DNA of 64,000 bases from the NCBI RefSeq assembly GCF_036365525.1, contig NC_090378.1, positions 25,821,953 to 25,885,952 of the forward strand. The letters are read 5' to 3'. The notes under the pieces were generated by a model that did no database searches, had not been told where the DNA came from, and was given only the letters and a program-made list of their open reading frames with translations. The stretch comes from Heterodontus francisci (taxonomy: Eukaryota). Position 1 is the stretch's first letter, and each line of letters starts with the position of its first letter. Below, in pieces: positions 25,216 through 37,461 of this stretch. The translations under genes were made by a program, and so were the position numbers.

Positions 25216-27014
25216 GTCCTACAATAAAGCGGGCAATGCACTCTTACAGATTACTGCACAGATGGCGATGGTGAACATTATCCCCAGTGTTCCGACAGCA
25301 AACTACACATGTTAAAATTCCTGCTTCTGCAGGACTTCAGCTTGCAGCTAGTTCACAGAATAAGCTCCAGCAGTCAGTAAACAGAGTGGAGTTACTGTCC
25401 AATCACTACGCTGAGTAAAAACACATTTTCCTGAACTGTGCAGAGAAGCAGGAGGTTTGTGTTAGGCTCCAACACTCAAAGCAGCAAGTTTGCTTCTCAT
25501 GTGGTAATCTGGCACTCATGCATCACATAATATTGAGGAAAAGAAATGGTATACATCAGGCAGTAAGGGGTAATGGTAGAAGCACTATCAAATGATTTTT
25601 TAAGTTGCCACAATTTTTTTGAATTCAAAATCAGAACTGCATTCTATTATGCTGCAAGAACACAATTTTCAACATGGGTGGGCTAAGGGGATTACAATTA
25701 AGTGCTCCCACCCAGCTGCCGTCTTAAACCCATTTCCTAGCAGTGAATATTACTAAGGCTAAAATGGTAGGCTTACCATTGCTTCTGTCACTGACCACGA
25801 CATGGGAATGAAACAGCAAGGAGTGGGCTAGACTAGACTGAAGGGTACTTCAAAGGAACAGTTATCAAATATTCTAATTTCTTTTTAAATCTCCTCAGCA
25901 GAAACGGTCACAGGTCAAATGGAGAATCATGGTTAACTTAAGAATGGTTCCAATACAGGGATCCCATCAAGCGGCTCGGACAGCATAAACCGCAATAGAG
26001 TGCATTACCATCATTTAAACCAGGACACTAGACAAAGTGACTCCTGAGACTTTGCTTTTAATAATTTATACTGCAGAGTTCACGGAGATATTTTTCCTGG
26101 GTTTTCTTTAGCCTGCAAGTAGGCTAATCACTGGTAATCACTGCAAGTTACCTGACTGAAAATCCACACTTGAGAGAAAATATCAGTATAATGCAACTCA
26201 CAATCTAACCAAATTATATTAACAATGAACTGAATTGGGGTGCATGCAAATGGAAATACTGGGAGATTGTACTCCCATTGGGTGATGCTGGCCTGAGCTA
26301 CTGCAGATCTAAGTATATACAGCACATTGTGCGGGGGTAAAACCCACACCCAAAATGGCAGGTCAAATGTACTAACAACATTTTGTACTTTTTTTTTTGA
26401 AGCTAACGGCAGTATCTTAGAATGAGCAACAAAAGCTTTATCTGTTCTCATAAAAGATCATTCGAATATGGAATGCATTATCGTAACTGGCTCTTGAAGC
26501 AGAGCCAAGTACAACATTTCAGAGTACACAAACATTCAAAGGAACTGGAAACAAGCAGGAACATTGGACACAAGTAGAAAGCTCCAATAGGCAGGCAGTT
26601 ACTGAAACAGACATGATTGGCTGGAAGGCCTCCTTTCATGATGAAATTTTTGCACAACAACCCATGTGTGACATACAACATCTTTTACAGTGAAGGAATC
26701 CAAAAACACAAAATCTGGGTGTTGTCCATACAAAACAAAAATAAGTAAGGCCTTCAGTTGCTGATTGTGGTTTAAGCTGAAATCGTAAAATACCTGAGCC
26801 ACTCACTGCATTCAATTTATCAACGTACAGATCGACTGCCGAACACTACAAGGCATTTCAGCTAAAATGTCATACGCTGTGTCTTTTTTTTTTACACAAG
26901 CAGAAGGGAAAAAATGTGAAAATAGCAAGAAAAAAGTAAGTGTATGTAGCTTGTATATCAGATATAGGCTGTGTAAGCTTAAATAGACGCCAATGTTAGT
27001 TTGGTTATACGTAC

Positions 27015-27137
27015 CACATCAGGTTTCAGCTGGAATACCAGTGGGATGGAATACAGCAGTGAATATATTGTAGATAACACCGAAGATGTCCAGGACTGGC
27101 AAACTTCACGACTACGAGGAATCCGGTGAATAGTATA
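27015..27137 (-). CDS. ALG14: ALG14 internal coding exon, equivalent to human exon 3
   Basis: 123 nt, translates to YTIHRIPRSREVCQSWTSSVLSTIYSLLYSIPLVFQLKPDV, matching the ALG14 IHRIPRSREV.QSW...KPD motif. Acceptor cacttgttttacag| and donor |gtacgt. In frame with the upstream exon; not present in the ORF track. Confidence 0.96.
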
Positions 27138-27750
27138 CTGTAAAACAAGTGATAGGTGGAAGTCATACTGAGGAAGATTTTTTGCACTAAAAAGGAGAAA
27201 GTAGTATTAAACCACAACAAGTGTGTGTAGCATTCACTCTACCAAGACTACATATATTGACCTTCAATTCAATTACTCACTATGGCTAGGTCTGCATCTT
27301 AACTGGTCAAGAATGTAGCATCTTCTGGCACATTTTAACCAGAGAGAGTCCTAAACAGCCCATAAATACCCCACCTAAACCCCCATCTCTTTTCTCATCA
27401 AGACTATGAGCAATTCCTTCCCAGAACCCCCTCCTCGACTCATTTCTTAAAAGTAAAAATCTCAAAAGTTAATTTAATATTTTCCACAACCTCAGAACTA
27501 TACAACCAATTAACTACTTTAGAAGTGTAGTCACTGTTTTAATGTAAGAAACGCGGCAGTCAATTTGCACACAAGGTTCCACAAATAGCAAGGTTTTATT
27601 AATGTTAGTTGAGGGATAAAAATTAGCCAGGACAAAGGGTAGAACTCTAAAATAAAAGCAAAATACTGCGGATGCTGGAAATCTGAAACAAAAACAAGAA
27701 ATGCTGGATTCACTCAGCAGGTCTGGCAGCATCTGTGGAAAGAGAAGCAG

Positions 27751-27787
27751 AGTTAACGTTTCGGGTCAGTGACCCTTCTTCGGAACT
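27751..27787 (-). ncRNA. Minimal type I hammerhead ribozyme motif in the Penelope pLTR (CCGAAGA core variant)
   Basis: AGUU-CCGAAGA-A-GGGUC(ACU)GACCC-GAAA-CGUU/AACU: stem I AGUU:AACU, stem II 5 bp, palindromic ACGU stem III. Confidence 0.7.
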
Positions 27788-28170
27788 GACAAATATTAGA
27801 AAAGTCACAGATTATAAACAAGTGAGGTGGGGGTTGGGCAAGAGATAACAAAGGAGAAGGTGCAGATTGGACCAGGCCGCATAGCTGACCAAAAGGTCAC
27901 GGAGCAAAGGCAAACAATATGTTAATGGTGTGTTGAAAGACAAAGCATTAGTACAGATTAGATGTGAATATACTGAATATTGAACATCAGCAAGTGCAAA
28001 CCTGAAGAAAAACAACCTGAAAAAAACAGTGGGTAAGCAAACTGAACAAACTAAGATGAAATGAAATAAATGCAAAAAAAGATTGTAAAAAATGTAAAAA
28101 GGAATGCAAAAAAAAAAAGGAAGAAAAAATAACTAAAAATGACTAAAAATGAAAGTAAAGTGGGGGGCTG

Positions 28171-30620
28171 TCATGCTCTGAAATTATTGAACTCAATGTT
28201 CAGTCCGGCAGGCTGTAGTGTGCCTAATCGGTAGATGAGATGCTGTTCCTCGAGCTTGCGTTGATGTTCACTGGAACACTGCAGCAATCCCAGGACAGAG
28301 ATGTGAGCATGAGAGCAGGGGGGAGTGTTGAAATGGCAAGCAACCGGAAGCTCAGGGTCCTGCTTGCGGACTGAGCGGAGATGTTCCGCAAAGCGGTCAC
28401 CCAGTCTGCGCTTGGTCTCCCCAATGTAGAGGAGACCACACTGTGAGCAGCGAATACAGTATACTACATTGAAAGAAGTACAAGTAAATCGCTGCTTCAC
28501 CTGAAAGGAGTGTTTGGGGCCTGGGATAGTGAGGAGAGAGGAGGTAAATGGGCAGGTATTACACCTCCTGCGATTGCAAGGGAAGGTGCCCTGGGACGGG
28601 GACGAGGTGGTGGGGGTAATGGAGGAGTGGACCAGGGTGTCGCGGAGGGAACGATCCCTTCGGAATGCTGACAGGGGAAGGGAGGGGAAGATGCGACTGG
28701 TAGTGGCATCACGCTGGAGGTGGCGAAAATGGCGGAGGATGATCCTTTGGATATGGAGGCTGGTGGGATGAAAAGTGAGGACAAGGGGAACCCTGTCACG
28801 GTTCTGGGAGGGAGGGGAAGGGGTGAGGGTAGAGGTGCGGGGAATGGGTCGGACACGGTTGAGGGCCCTGTCAACCACAGTGGGGGGGAAATCCTCGGTT
28901 GAGGAAAAAGGAGGTCATATCAGAAGCACCGTCATGGAAGGTAGCATCATCAGAGCAGATGCGTCGGAGACGGAGAAACTGGGAGAATGGAATGGAGTTC
29001 TTACAGGAGGTAGGGTGTGAAGAAGTGTAGTCGAGGTAGCTGTGGGAGTCAGTGGGCTTATAATGGATATTGGTAGACAACCTATCCCCAGAGATGGAGA
29101 CAGAGAAGTCGAGGAAGGGAAGGGAAGTGTCAGAGATGGACCATGTAAAGGTGAGAGAAGGGTGGAAATTGGAAGCAAAGTTGATAAAGTTTTCTAGTTC
29201 GGGGCGGGAGCAGGAAACGGCACCGATACAGTCATCAATGTACTGGAAAAAGAGTTGGGGGAGGGGGCCTGAGTAGGACTGGAACAAAGAATGCTCGACA
29301 TATCCCACAAAAAGACAGGCATAACTAGGACCCATGCGGGTACCCATAGCGACACCTTTTACTTGAAGGAAATGCATGGAGTTGAAGGAGAAGTTGTTCA
29401 ATGTGAGAACAAGTTCAGCCAGGCGGAGGAGGGTGTTGGTGGATGGGGACTGGTTGGACCTCTGTTCCAGGAAGAAGCGGAGAGCCCTCAAACCATCCTG
29501 GTGGGGGATGGAGGTGTAGAGCGATTGGACGTCCATAGTGAAGAGGAGGCGGTTGGGACCAGGAAACTGGAAATTGTCAAAATGACGTAGGGCGTCAGAA
29601 GAGTCACGGATGTAGGTGGGAAGAGACTGGACCAGCGGAGAAAAGATAGAGTCTAGATAGGAAGAAATAAGTTCAGTTGGGCAGGAGCAGGCTGATACAA
29701 TGGGTCTGCCGGGACAGTCCCGTTTGTGGATTTTGGGAAGGAGGTAGAAGCGGGCTGTCCGGGGTTGCAGGACTATGAGGTTGGAAGCTGTAGAGGGAAG
29801 ATCTCCAGAGGAGATGAGGTCAGTGACAGTCCTTTGGACGGTGGCTTGATGTTCGGTGGTGGGGTCATGGTCCAGAGGGAGGTAGGAAGAGGTGTCTGTG
29901 AGTTGGCGTTGAGCTTCTGCAAGGTAGAGGTCGGTACGCCATACAACAACAGCACCACCCTTGTCTGCAGGTTTGATGACCATGTCGGGGTTAGACCTGA
30001 GAGAACGGAGTGCCTCAAGTTCAGAGGGGGACAGGTTAGAGTGAGTGAGGGGGGCAGAGAAATTGAGACGACCAATGTCTCGCCGACAGTTTTCAATGAA
30101 GAGATCAAGAGCGGGTAAGAGGCCAGGGTGAGGGGTCCAGGTAGAGGGAGAATGCTGGAGGCGGGTGAATGGGTCTGCTGGTCGGGGGGAGGACTCCTGG
30201 TCGAAGAAGTGAGCCCGGAGGCGGAGGCGACGGAAGAAGAGCTCAACGTCATGCCGAGCGCGAAATTCATTGAGGTGGGGGCGTAAGGGGATAAAACTGA
30301 GACCTTTGCTGAGTACAGAACGCTCAGCATCAGAGAGGGGGAGGTCAGAGGGTATAGTGAATACACGGCAAGGGGTCAGATCAGAAGGGGTGGGGTCAGA
30401 GGGAAGTGAAGCGGAAGGAGGATCTGGAGGGGCATTAGTCCCCATCAGCTGCTGGAGCTTGCGTTCCTTAACACCTGAAAGGAAGAAAAAAAGTTTTTTG
30501 TTAATGCGTCGGATGAGACGTAAGATGAGATGAAACTGCGGAGTAGAACAGATTTGAGATAAGGTGAGACGGTGCTGCTGGAGAGAGAGGTCCAGTGTGT
30601 GCATACGGAGAAACTGGGAG
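28171..30620 (-). pseudogene. Penelope RT-GIY-YIG polyprotein, split by a single +1 frameshift in a C7 run (28882-28888)
   Basis: ORFs 28871-30703 and 28171-28878 join as ...FLNRGFPP|TVVDRAL... if one C is removed; no other stops. Confidence 0.88.
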
Positions 30621-30782
30621 AATGCTTTGTCTTTCAACACACCATTAACATATTGTTTGCCTTTGCTCCGTGACCTTTTGGTCAGCGATGCGGCCTGGTC
30701 CAATCTGCACCTTCTCCTTTGTTATCTCTTGCCCAACCCCCACCTCACTTGTTTATAATCTGTGACTTTTCTAATATTTGTC

Positions 30783-30819
30783 AGTTCCGAAGAAGGGTCA
30801 CTGACCCGAAACGTTAACT
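30783..30819 (+). ncRNA. Same hammerhead motif in the inverted pLTR
   Basis: agttccgaagaagggtcactgacccgaaacgttaact. Confidence 0.7.
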
Positions 30820-31369
30820 CTGCTTCTCTTTCCACAGATGCTGCCAGACCTGCTGAGTGAATCCAGCATTTCTTGTTTTTGTTTCAAAGGGTAGAACTCT
30901 CTTGCCTTCTTCGAAATAGTGCCTTAGGATTTTGTAGGTCCATCCGAGAATGTCTCATCCGAAAGATGGCACTTCCAACAGTGTAGCTGTCAGCTGAGAT
31001 TTTTGTGCTCAGGTCTCTGATGTGGGACTGGAACCCACAACCTTCTGACTCAGCTGCAGGAGTGCTATCAACTGAGCCACAGCTGACACTGCAAAACATA
31101 CTACACATAGAATGAGAAGACTTTTACAGTGATTCCATTCTCACCGCTAACTGGATTTCTGCTTAAAATGAAAACAATTCACAGTACAGGCAGAGAGCTC
31201 TCCATCTGGCATAGAGCTGAAGTTCCTTTCACCATTCGGTGGGTAAAGAGATAACTTAGCAAATATCCAGCCACGCAGATTGGCAGCATTTCAGGTGCAA
31301 TCATGGTTAGTACAGAGGCAGTTGATCTCAGTTGCACAGGTGATAAAGGAGCTTCAGGCTTTAGCAAAT

Positions 31370-32108
31370 CGACTGCAATAGGACATAGATAGGTTAGCAG
31401 AATGGGCAGACAAGTGGCAACTGGAATTTCATAAAGAGAAATGTGAGGTGATGCATTTTGGCTGAAGGGATAGGCAGAGGCAATACAGACTTAATGGCAC
31501 AAAGAGTTTTAAAGAGTGTGCAGGGACAGACGGATCTGGCGGTGCATGTGCATAGATCTTTGAAAGCGACAGGACATACTGACAGAGTGGTTAGTATCGC
31601 TGAACATTGATAAAGCTCTGGTTAGGCCACAACTAGATTACTCTGTCCAGTTCTGGTCACTACACTTTAGGAAGGATGTGAAGGTCCTTGAGAGGATGTA
31701 GAGGAGATTTACCAGAATGGTTCCAGGGATGAGGGATTTTAGCGACAAGGTTAGGTTGGAGCAAAGGAGATTGAGGGGAATTTCATAGAGGTGGACAAGA
31801 TTATGAAAGGTGGACAAAGAAAAGCTGTTCCCATTAGCTGATGGTATAAGGACTAGGGAACACAGATTGAAGTTTTGGGTAGGAGATGCAGGGGAGATGT
31901 GAGGAAGAACTTGTTTTATGCAGCGGGTGATAATGACCTGGAACTCACTGCCCAAGAGGATGGTGGAAGCGGAGACAATCAATGATTTCAAAAGGAAATT
32001 GGATGGGCACTTGAGGGAAATAAACTTGCAGGGCTACAGGGATAGAGCGGGGGATATGGGACTGACCGGATTTCTCTATGGTGAGCCAGCATAGAGTCGA
32101 TGGGCCAC
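31370..32108 (+). mobile_element. Decayed CR1 LINE 3' part
   Basis: gaatgggcagacaagtggca...tgtgaggtgatgcattttgg...gtccagttctggtcac...; CR1 3' UTR. Confidence 0.8.
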
Positions 32109-32338
32109 AAATGACTATGACATGTTTGGGCTGGGGGTAGACACTGACCCAGAAGGATTGTGCTCTTGATCTCTATCAGAAGATCATGCTGGGATTGACA
32201 CAGAAAAGTGACAAAAGTTGCAAATTGGAAAAAGGAAGAAAAAATTGTTGGAAATACACAGCCTTTGAAAAAAGGCAGGTTGACACTTCAGCCAGAGTCC
32301 CTTGATCAGAATTCCTGCTGGAAGAAGTGTGTACGTGT

Positions 32339-35259
32339 AGGCGGTGGCGTAGTGGTATTATCATTGGACTAGTAACCCGGAGACCCAGGGTATTTATCTG
32401 GGGACATGGGGTCGAATCCCACCACAGCAGAAGGTGGAATTTGAATTTAATTAATAAATCTGGAATTAAAAGCTAGTCTAATGATGGCCATGAAACCATT
32501 GTCGATTGTTCTAAAAACCCATCTGGTTCACTAATGTCCTTTAGGGAAGGAAATCTGCTGTCCTTACCTGGTCTGGCCTACATGTGACTCCAGACCCACA
32601 GCAATGTGGTTAACTCTTACATGCCCTCTGAAATGGCCTAGCAAGCCACTCAGTTGTACCTAACCGCTACGAAGTCAATAAAAAGAAATGAAACCAAACG
32701 GACCACCCGGCATTGACTAAGGCAACGGAAACGACAACGGCAAACCCAGCCCTGTCGACCCTGCAAAGTCCTCCTCACTAACATCTGGGGGCTTGTGCCA
32801 AAATTGGGAGAGCTGTCCCACAGACTAGTCAAGCAACAGCCTGACATAGTCATACTCACGGAATCATTCCTTACAGACAATGTCCCAGACACTGCCATCA
32901 CCATCCCCGGGTATGTCCTGTCCCATCGGCAGGACAGACTCAGCAGAGGTGGTGGCACAGTGGTATACTGTAGGGAGGGAGTTGCTCTGGGAGTCCTCAA
33001 CATCGACTCCGGACCACATGAAGTCTCATGGCATCAAGTCAAACATGGGCACGGTAACCTCCTACTGATTACCACCTACTGCCCTCCCTCAGCTGATGAG
33101 TCAGTACTCCTCCATGTTGAACACCAATTGGAGGAAGCACTGAGGGTAGCAAGGGCACAAATGTACTCTGGGTGGGGGACTTCAATGTCCATCAGCAGCA
33201 GCAGAATTGTACTCAACCACAATCTGTAACCTCATGGCCCGGCATATACCCCACTCTATCATTACCATCAAGCCAGGAGACCAACCCTGGTTCAATGAAG
33301 AGTGCAGGAGAGCATGCCAGGAGCAGCACCAGGCATACCTCAAAATGAAGTGCCAACCTGGTGAAGCTACAACCCAAGACTACTTGCATGCCAAACTGCG
33401 TAAGCGGCATGCGACAGAGCTAATCGATCCCATAACCAACGGATCAGATCTAAGCTCTGCAGTCCTGCCACATCCAGCCGTGAATGGTGGTGGACAATTA
33501 AACAACTAACTGAAGGAGGTGGCTCCACAAATATCCCCATCCTCAATGATGGGGGAGCCCAGCACATCAGTGCGAAAGATAAGGCTGAAGCATTTGCAAC
33601 AATCTTCAGCCAGAAGTGCCGAGTTGACGATCCATCTCGGCCTCCTCCTGAAGTCCCCAACATCACAGATGCCAGACTTCAGCCAATTCGACTCACTCCG
33701 CATGATATCAAGAAACGACTGAAGGCACTGAATATTGCAAAAGCCATGGGCCGACAATATTCCGGCAATAGTACTGAAGACCTGTGCTCCAGAACTTGCC
33801 ATGCCCCTAGCCAAGCTCCAACACTGGCATCTACCCTGCAATGTGGAAAATTGCCCAGGTATGTCCTGTACACAAAAAGCAGGACAAGTCCAACCTGGCC
33901 AATTACCGCCCCATCAGCCTACTCTCAATCATCAGAAAAGTGATGGAAGGTGTCATCAAGCAGCACTTGCTTAGCAATAACCTGCTCAGTGACACTCAGT
34001 TTGGGTTCGGCCAGGGCCACTCAGCTCCTGACCTCATTACAGCCTTGGTTCAAACATGGACAAAAGAGCAGAACTCAAGAGGTGAGGTGAGACTGACTAC
34101 CCTTGACATCAAGGTAGCATTTGACCGAGTATGGAATCAAGGAGCCCTAGCAAAACTGAAGTCAATGGGAATCAGGGGGAAAACCCTCCGCTGGCTGGAA
34201 TCATACATAGCGCAAAGGAAGATGGTTGTGGTTGTTGGAGGTCAATCATCTGAGCTCCAAGACATCACTGCAGTAGTTCCTCAGGGTAGTGTCCTAGGCC
34301 CAACCATCTTCAGCTGCTTCATCAATGACCTTCCTTCAATCATAAGGTCAGAAGTAGGGATGTTCGCTGATGATTGCACAATGTTCAGCACCATTCGTGA
34401 CTCCTCAGATGCTGAAGCAGTCAGTGTAGAAATGCAGCAAGACCTGGACAATATCCAGGCTTGGGCTGAGAAGTGGCAAGTAACATTCGCACCACACAAG
34501 TGCCAGGCAATGACCATCTCCAACAAGAGAGAATCTAACCATCTCCCATTGACATTCAACAGCATTACCATTGCTGAATCCCCCACTATCAGCATCCTAG
34601 GGGCTACCATTGACTAGAAACTGAACTGGAGTAGCCATATAAATCCCGTGGCTACAAGAGCAGGTCAGAGGCTTGGAATCCTGAGGTGAGTAACTCACCT
34701 CCTGACTCCCCAAAGCCTGTCCACCATCTACAAGGCACAAGTCAGGAGTGTGATGGAATACTCTCCACTTGCCTGGATGGGTGCAGCTTTAACAACACTC
34801 AAGAAGCTCGACACCATCCAGGACAAAGCAGCCCGCTTGATTGGCACCCTATCTACAAACATTCACTCCCTCCACCACCACACAGTGGCAGCAGTGTGTA
34901 CCATCGACAAGATGCACTGCAGCAATGCTCCAAGGCTCCTTAGACAGCACCTTCCAAACCCGCGACCTCTACCAACTAGAAGGACAAGGGCAGCAAATAC
35001 ATGTCAACACCACCACCTGCAAGTTCCCCTCCAAGTCACACACCATCCTGACTTGGAACTACATCGCCGTTCCTTCACTGTCGCTGGGTCAAAATCCTGA
35101 AGTCCCTTCCTAACAGCACTGTGGATATACCTACCCCAAATGGATTGCAGCGGTTCAAGAAGGCAGCTCACCACCACCTTCTCAAGGGCAATTAGGGATG
35201 GGCAATAAATGCTGGCCTGGCCAGTGACGCCCACATCTCATGAATGAATTAAAAAAAAA
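32339..35259 (+). mobile_element. ORF2-only LINE (CR1/L2-group APE-RT) with a tRNA-like Pol III promoter head; decayed copy
   Basis: A box TGGCGTAGTGG 32345-32355 and B-box-like GGGTCGAATCC 32409-32419; APE motifs VLLTNIWGL, PDIVILTES and GGGTVVY; RT motifs NYRPISLLS, LDIKVAFDRVW, VPQGSVLGP and FADD; tail tgaatgaatt(A)9; TSD-like tacgtgt/tacgcgt. Confidence 0.88.
32345..32419 (+). promoter_or_regulatory. Putative type-2 Pol III internal promoter (A box + B box)
   Basis: A box fits TRGCNNARYGG exactly; B box is one mismatch from GGTTCGAATCC, and the sister SINE has an intact GTTCAAATCC. Confidence 0.7.
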
Positions 35260-35504
35260 TACGCGTGGAGGTCGGATAAAGGGTTGAGCCGTGATGCCCC
35301 CTCAATGTTCAAATAAACGGCTAGTAGCTCAGTGTCAAAACTCTCAGATAGAGAATGGTTACTGGGGTGAGGTAGTGAAGAGCTGCTGGCTGCCATGATA
35401 CCATGGTCTAGTATCAGTCAGCAGGGAGAAAAGAAAACAATAGTACACTTAATTTTATAGTCTTGCCCCACACAAAGCATCTCTAAAGACAAGCAATAGT
35501 TTAT

Positions 35505-35830
35505 AACAAATAGGAGCTGGAGTGTGACATACAGCACCTCGTGCGCTGCCATTCAATAAGATCATAGCTGATCTTCTACCACAACTCCATTTCCCACCCT
35601 GTCCCCGTAATCACTGATTCCCTCATTGTCCAAAACTCTCAATGGTGAACACACTCAATGACTGAGTATCCACAGCCCTCTGGGGTAGAGAATTCCAAAG
35701 ATTCACAAACCTCTGACTGAAGAAATTTCTCATCTCAGTCCTAAATGGCCAACCCTTTATCCTGAGACAAGTTCCTGACTCTCCAACCGGGAGAAACAGC
35801 CTCTGTCAAGCCCTCTAAGAATTTTATGCA
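35505..35830 (-). mobile_element. CR1 LINE 3' fragment
   Basis: gccattcaataagatcatagctgatc...gaattccaaagattcac...ctcatctcagtcctaaat, shared with other CR1 tails. Confidence 0.7.
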
Positions 35831-37461
35831 GGAATGAGTTTGTTTAACAACAAACCAATTCGTGCAACCCATTTTTAGCAAGATTCCAATTAAAGCAATG
35901 GAAATAGATTTTCGTGGGATCAGCTGTTTTGTAATTTGTAATTTCATAGCTAGTTTACAACAGAGAGGCAAGCACATACAAAGAGCTGGGAACATGAACA
36001 TTCAGGACAATCACAGGATTTGCTATGGAGGATATAACTCATGCCTTTAAAGAAATTGAGGGAGCACATCCACCTCACCACCACAGCCCCTCTCCCACAA
36101 CATCTTGGATCTACGGTCTACAAATAATCTGTATATAATGTTGCGATGCTTAACCTCCATTTTAAAAACACAAAAATGTTAACTACGGTCAGGTTTTCAT
36201 TCTAATCAATCCCACCAAAAACTCATGAGCTAATCACAAGCAGTGCTCGGTGTTAAAAAAAAATACAGAACTGAGGGAATGTGGGGGATCGGGTAAAGGA
36301 ATAGCCTAATGTTTATTCATAACTCTGAAGTTTCATTCTCTCTTCAATTTAATTATGAGAGACTTTCACATTACATCATTAATTAAGTTTTGCAGCACTG
36401 TTGACCCTCAGGCATTTATTGAAATTTAATTCAGTTTCCTGTAACCCTCTAATATTTCTGCCTAATTTTCACTTTTCTGTGAATTCAAATATAGCTTTGC
36501 AATTTGGGCTCTCCCAAGACTTCGCACTTGTACCCAAAGCAAAAAAGTCAGCTCCTGTTGGCAAGGACACATTTCCTATGAAACATTAGCCTTTGACACA
36601 AAGCATCCAGGATGCAGAATTACCAGAGGCACGGACACTGGAAAATGGTATAATTTACCCTAGTAATTCCTGATCTCTCTGGAATCAGCAGAAAATAACA
36701 AGCTAACAGACCATATCATTCAGATTGAAAACCACTAATTGACAATTATTAAGAAACTGCAAGTACAGAGAAGCAAAATGGATCAATCGGCTGAGTGGGT
36801 ACAGTGGTAAAAATTTGATTCTTCACTACTTTAAAACCATTCCAAAACAGGAATCGTCCCATGTTCTTGAAATAACTTTTGTAGTTTGGATTATACATCC
36901 CTGATCAAAGCTTCTACATGAGTAACACACTTCGTGGAGTCTTGATAGCCTCCAACCAGTATAGTGGCACAGCAACACAAAGTTCATGTGCTGACAGTCC
37001 AAGTTATATATGCTCTCTTCCCTTTGATCTAGGCTAGTACTAAGGAAGACTGATATATATTATATAGCCAATCAAACCAGATTTCAATGTTACCAGGAAT
37101 AAACTGAAGAAATAGTCAATCAAGAACCTTATGCCAATGTCGAATAGCTCCATCACCTGGGTACACTTTAAATCTTTTAACACTTGCTGAGCAATTCAAG
37201 GCTGCATGTAGCCACACTACTAATCCCGACCAGAATGTAGACAATTGGTTAATTCCCCCTTCAATCAAGCCTGGAGACTGCACTGCTGTAAGTGGCTGGA
37301 ATTGATACCACACACATAATTTGTATTGTTTAACTATCCTTCACTTGCTGCACGTTACAGGAGAAATCACCCTGCTTTTATCGGGTGAAGTTGCTTCGTT
37401 TCAGTCATGAGTTCTGTTTGCTGCAGCTTGGATGGGCTCTTTTTAAGCAGACTCTATAAAT

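Larger units (their letters stand above)
27649..30886 (-). mobile_element. Penelope-like element (RT + GIY-YIG), 5'-truncated with an inverted pLTR, young
   Basis: RT motifs IKPADKGG, FYLLPKIHK, MDVQSLYT, GVAMG and YIDD; GIY-YIG motifs NVVYCIRC..LYIGET.RRL. 266-bp inverted repeat 27684-27949 / 30621-30886; TSD caaagggtagaactct at 27633-27648 and 30885-30900; inserted in a SacSINE1-type SINE. Confidence 0.96.

Noticed and set aside
1-27014. ALG14 last exon (VLCNGPGTC...)
   Set aside because: Not found by eye or in the ORF track; presumably left of the window.
30621-30703. N-terminus MDQAASLTKRSRSKGKQ... of the 610-aa ORF
   Set aside because: It is read-through from the inverted pLTR, not the real Penelope N-terminus; the element is 5'-truncated.
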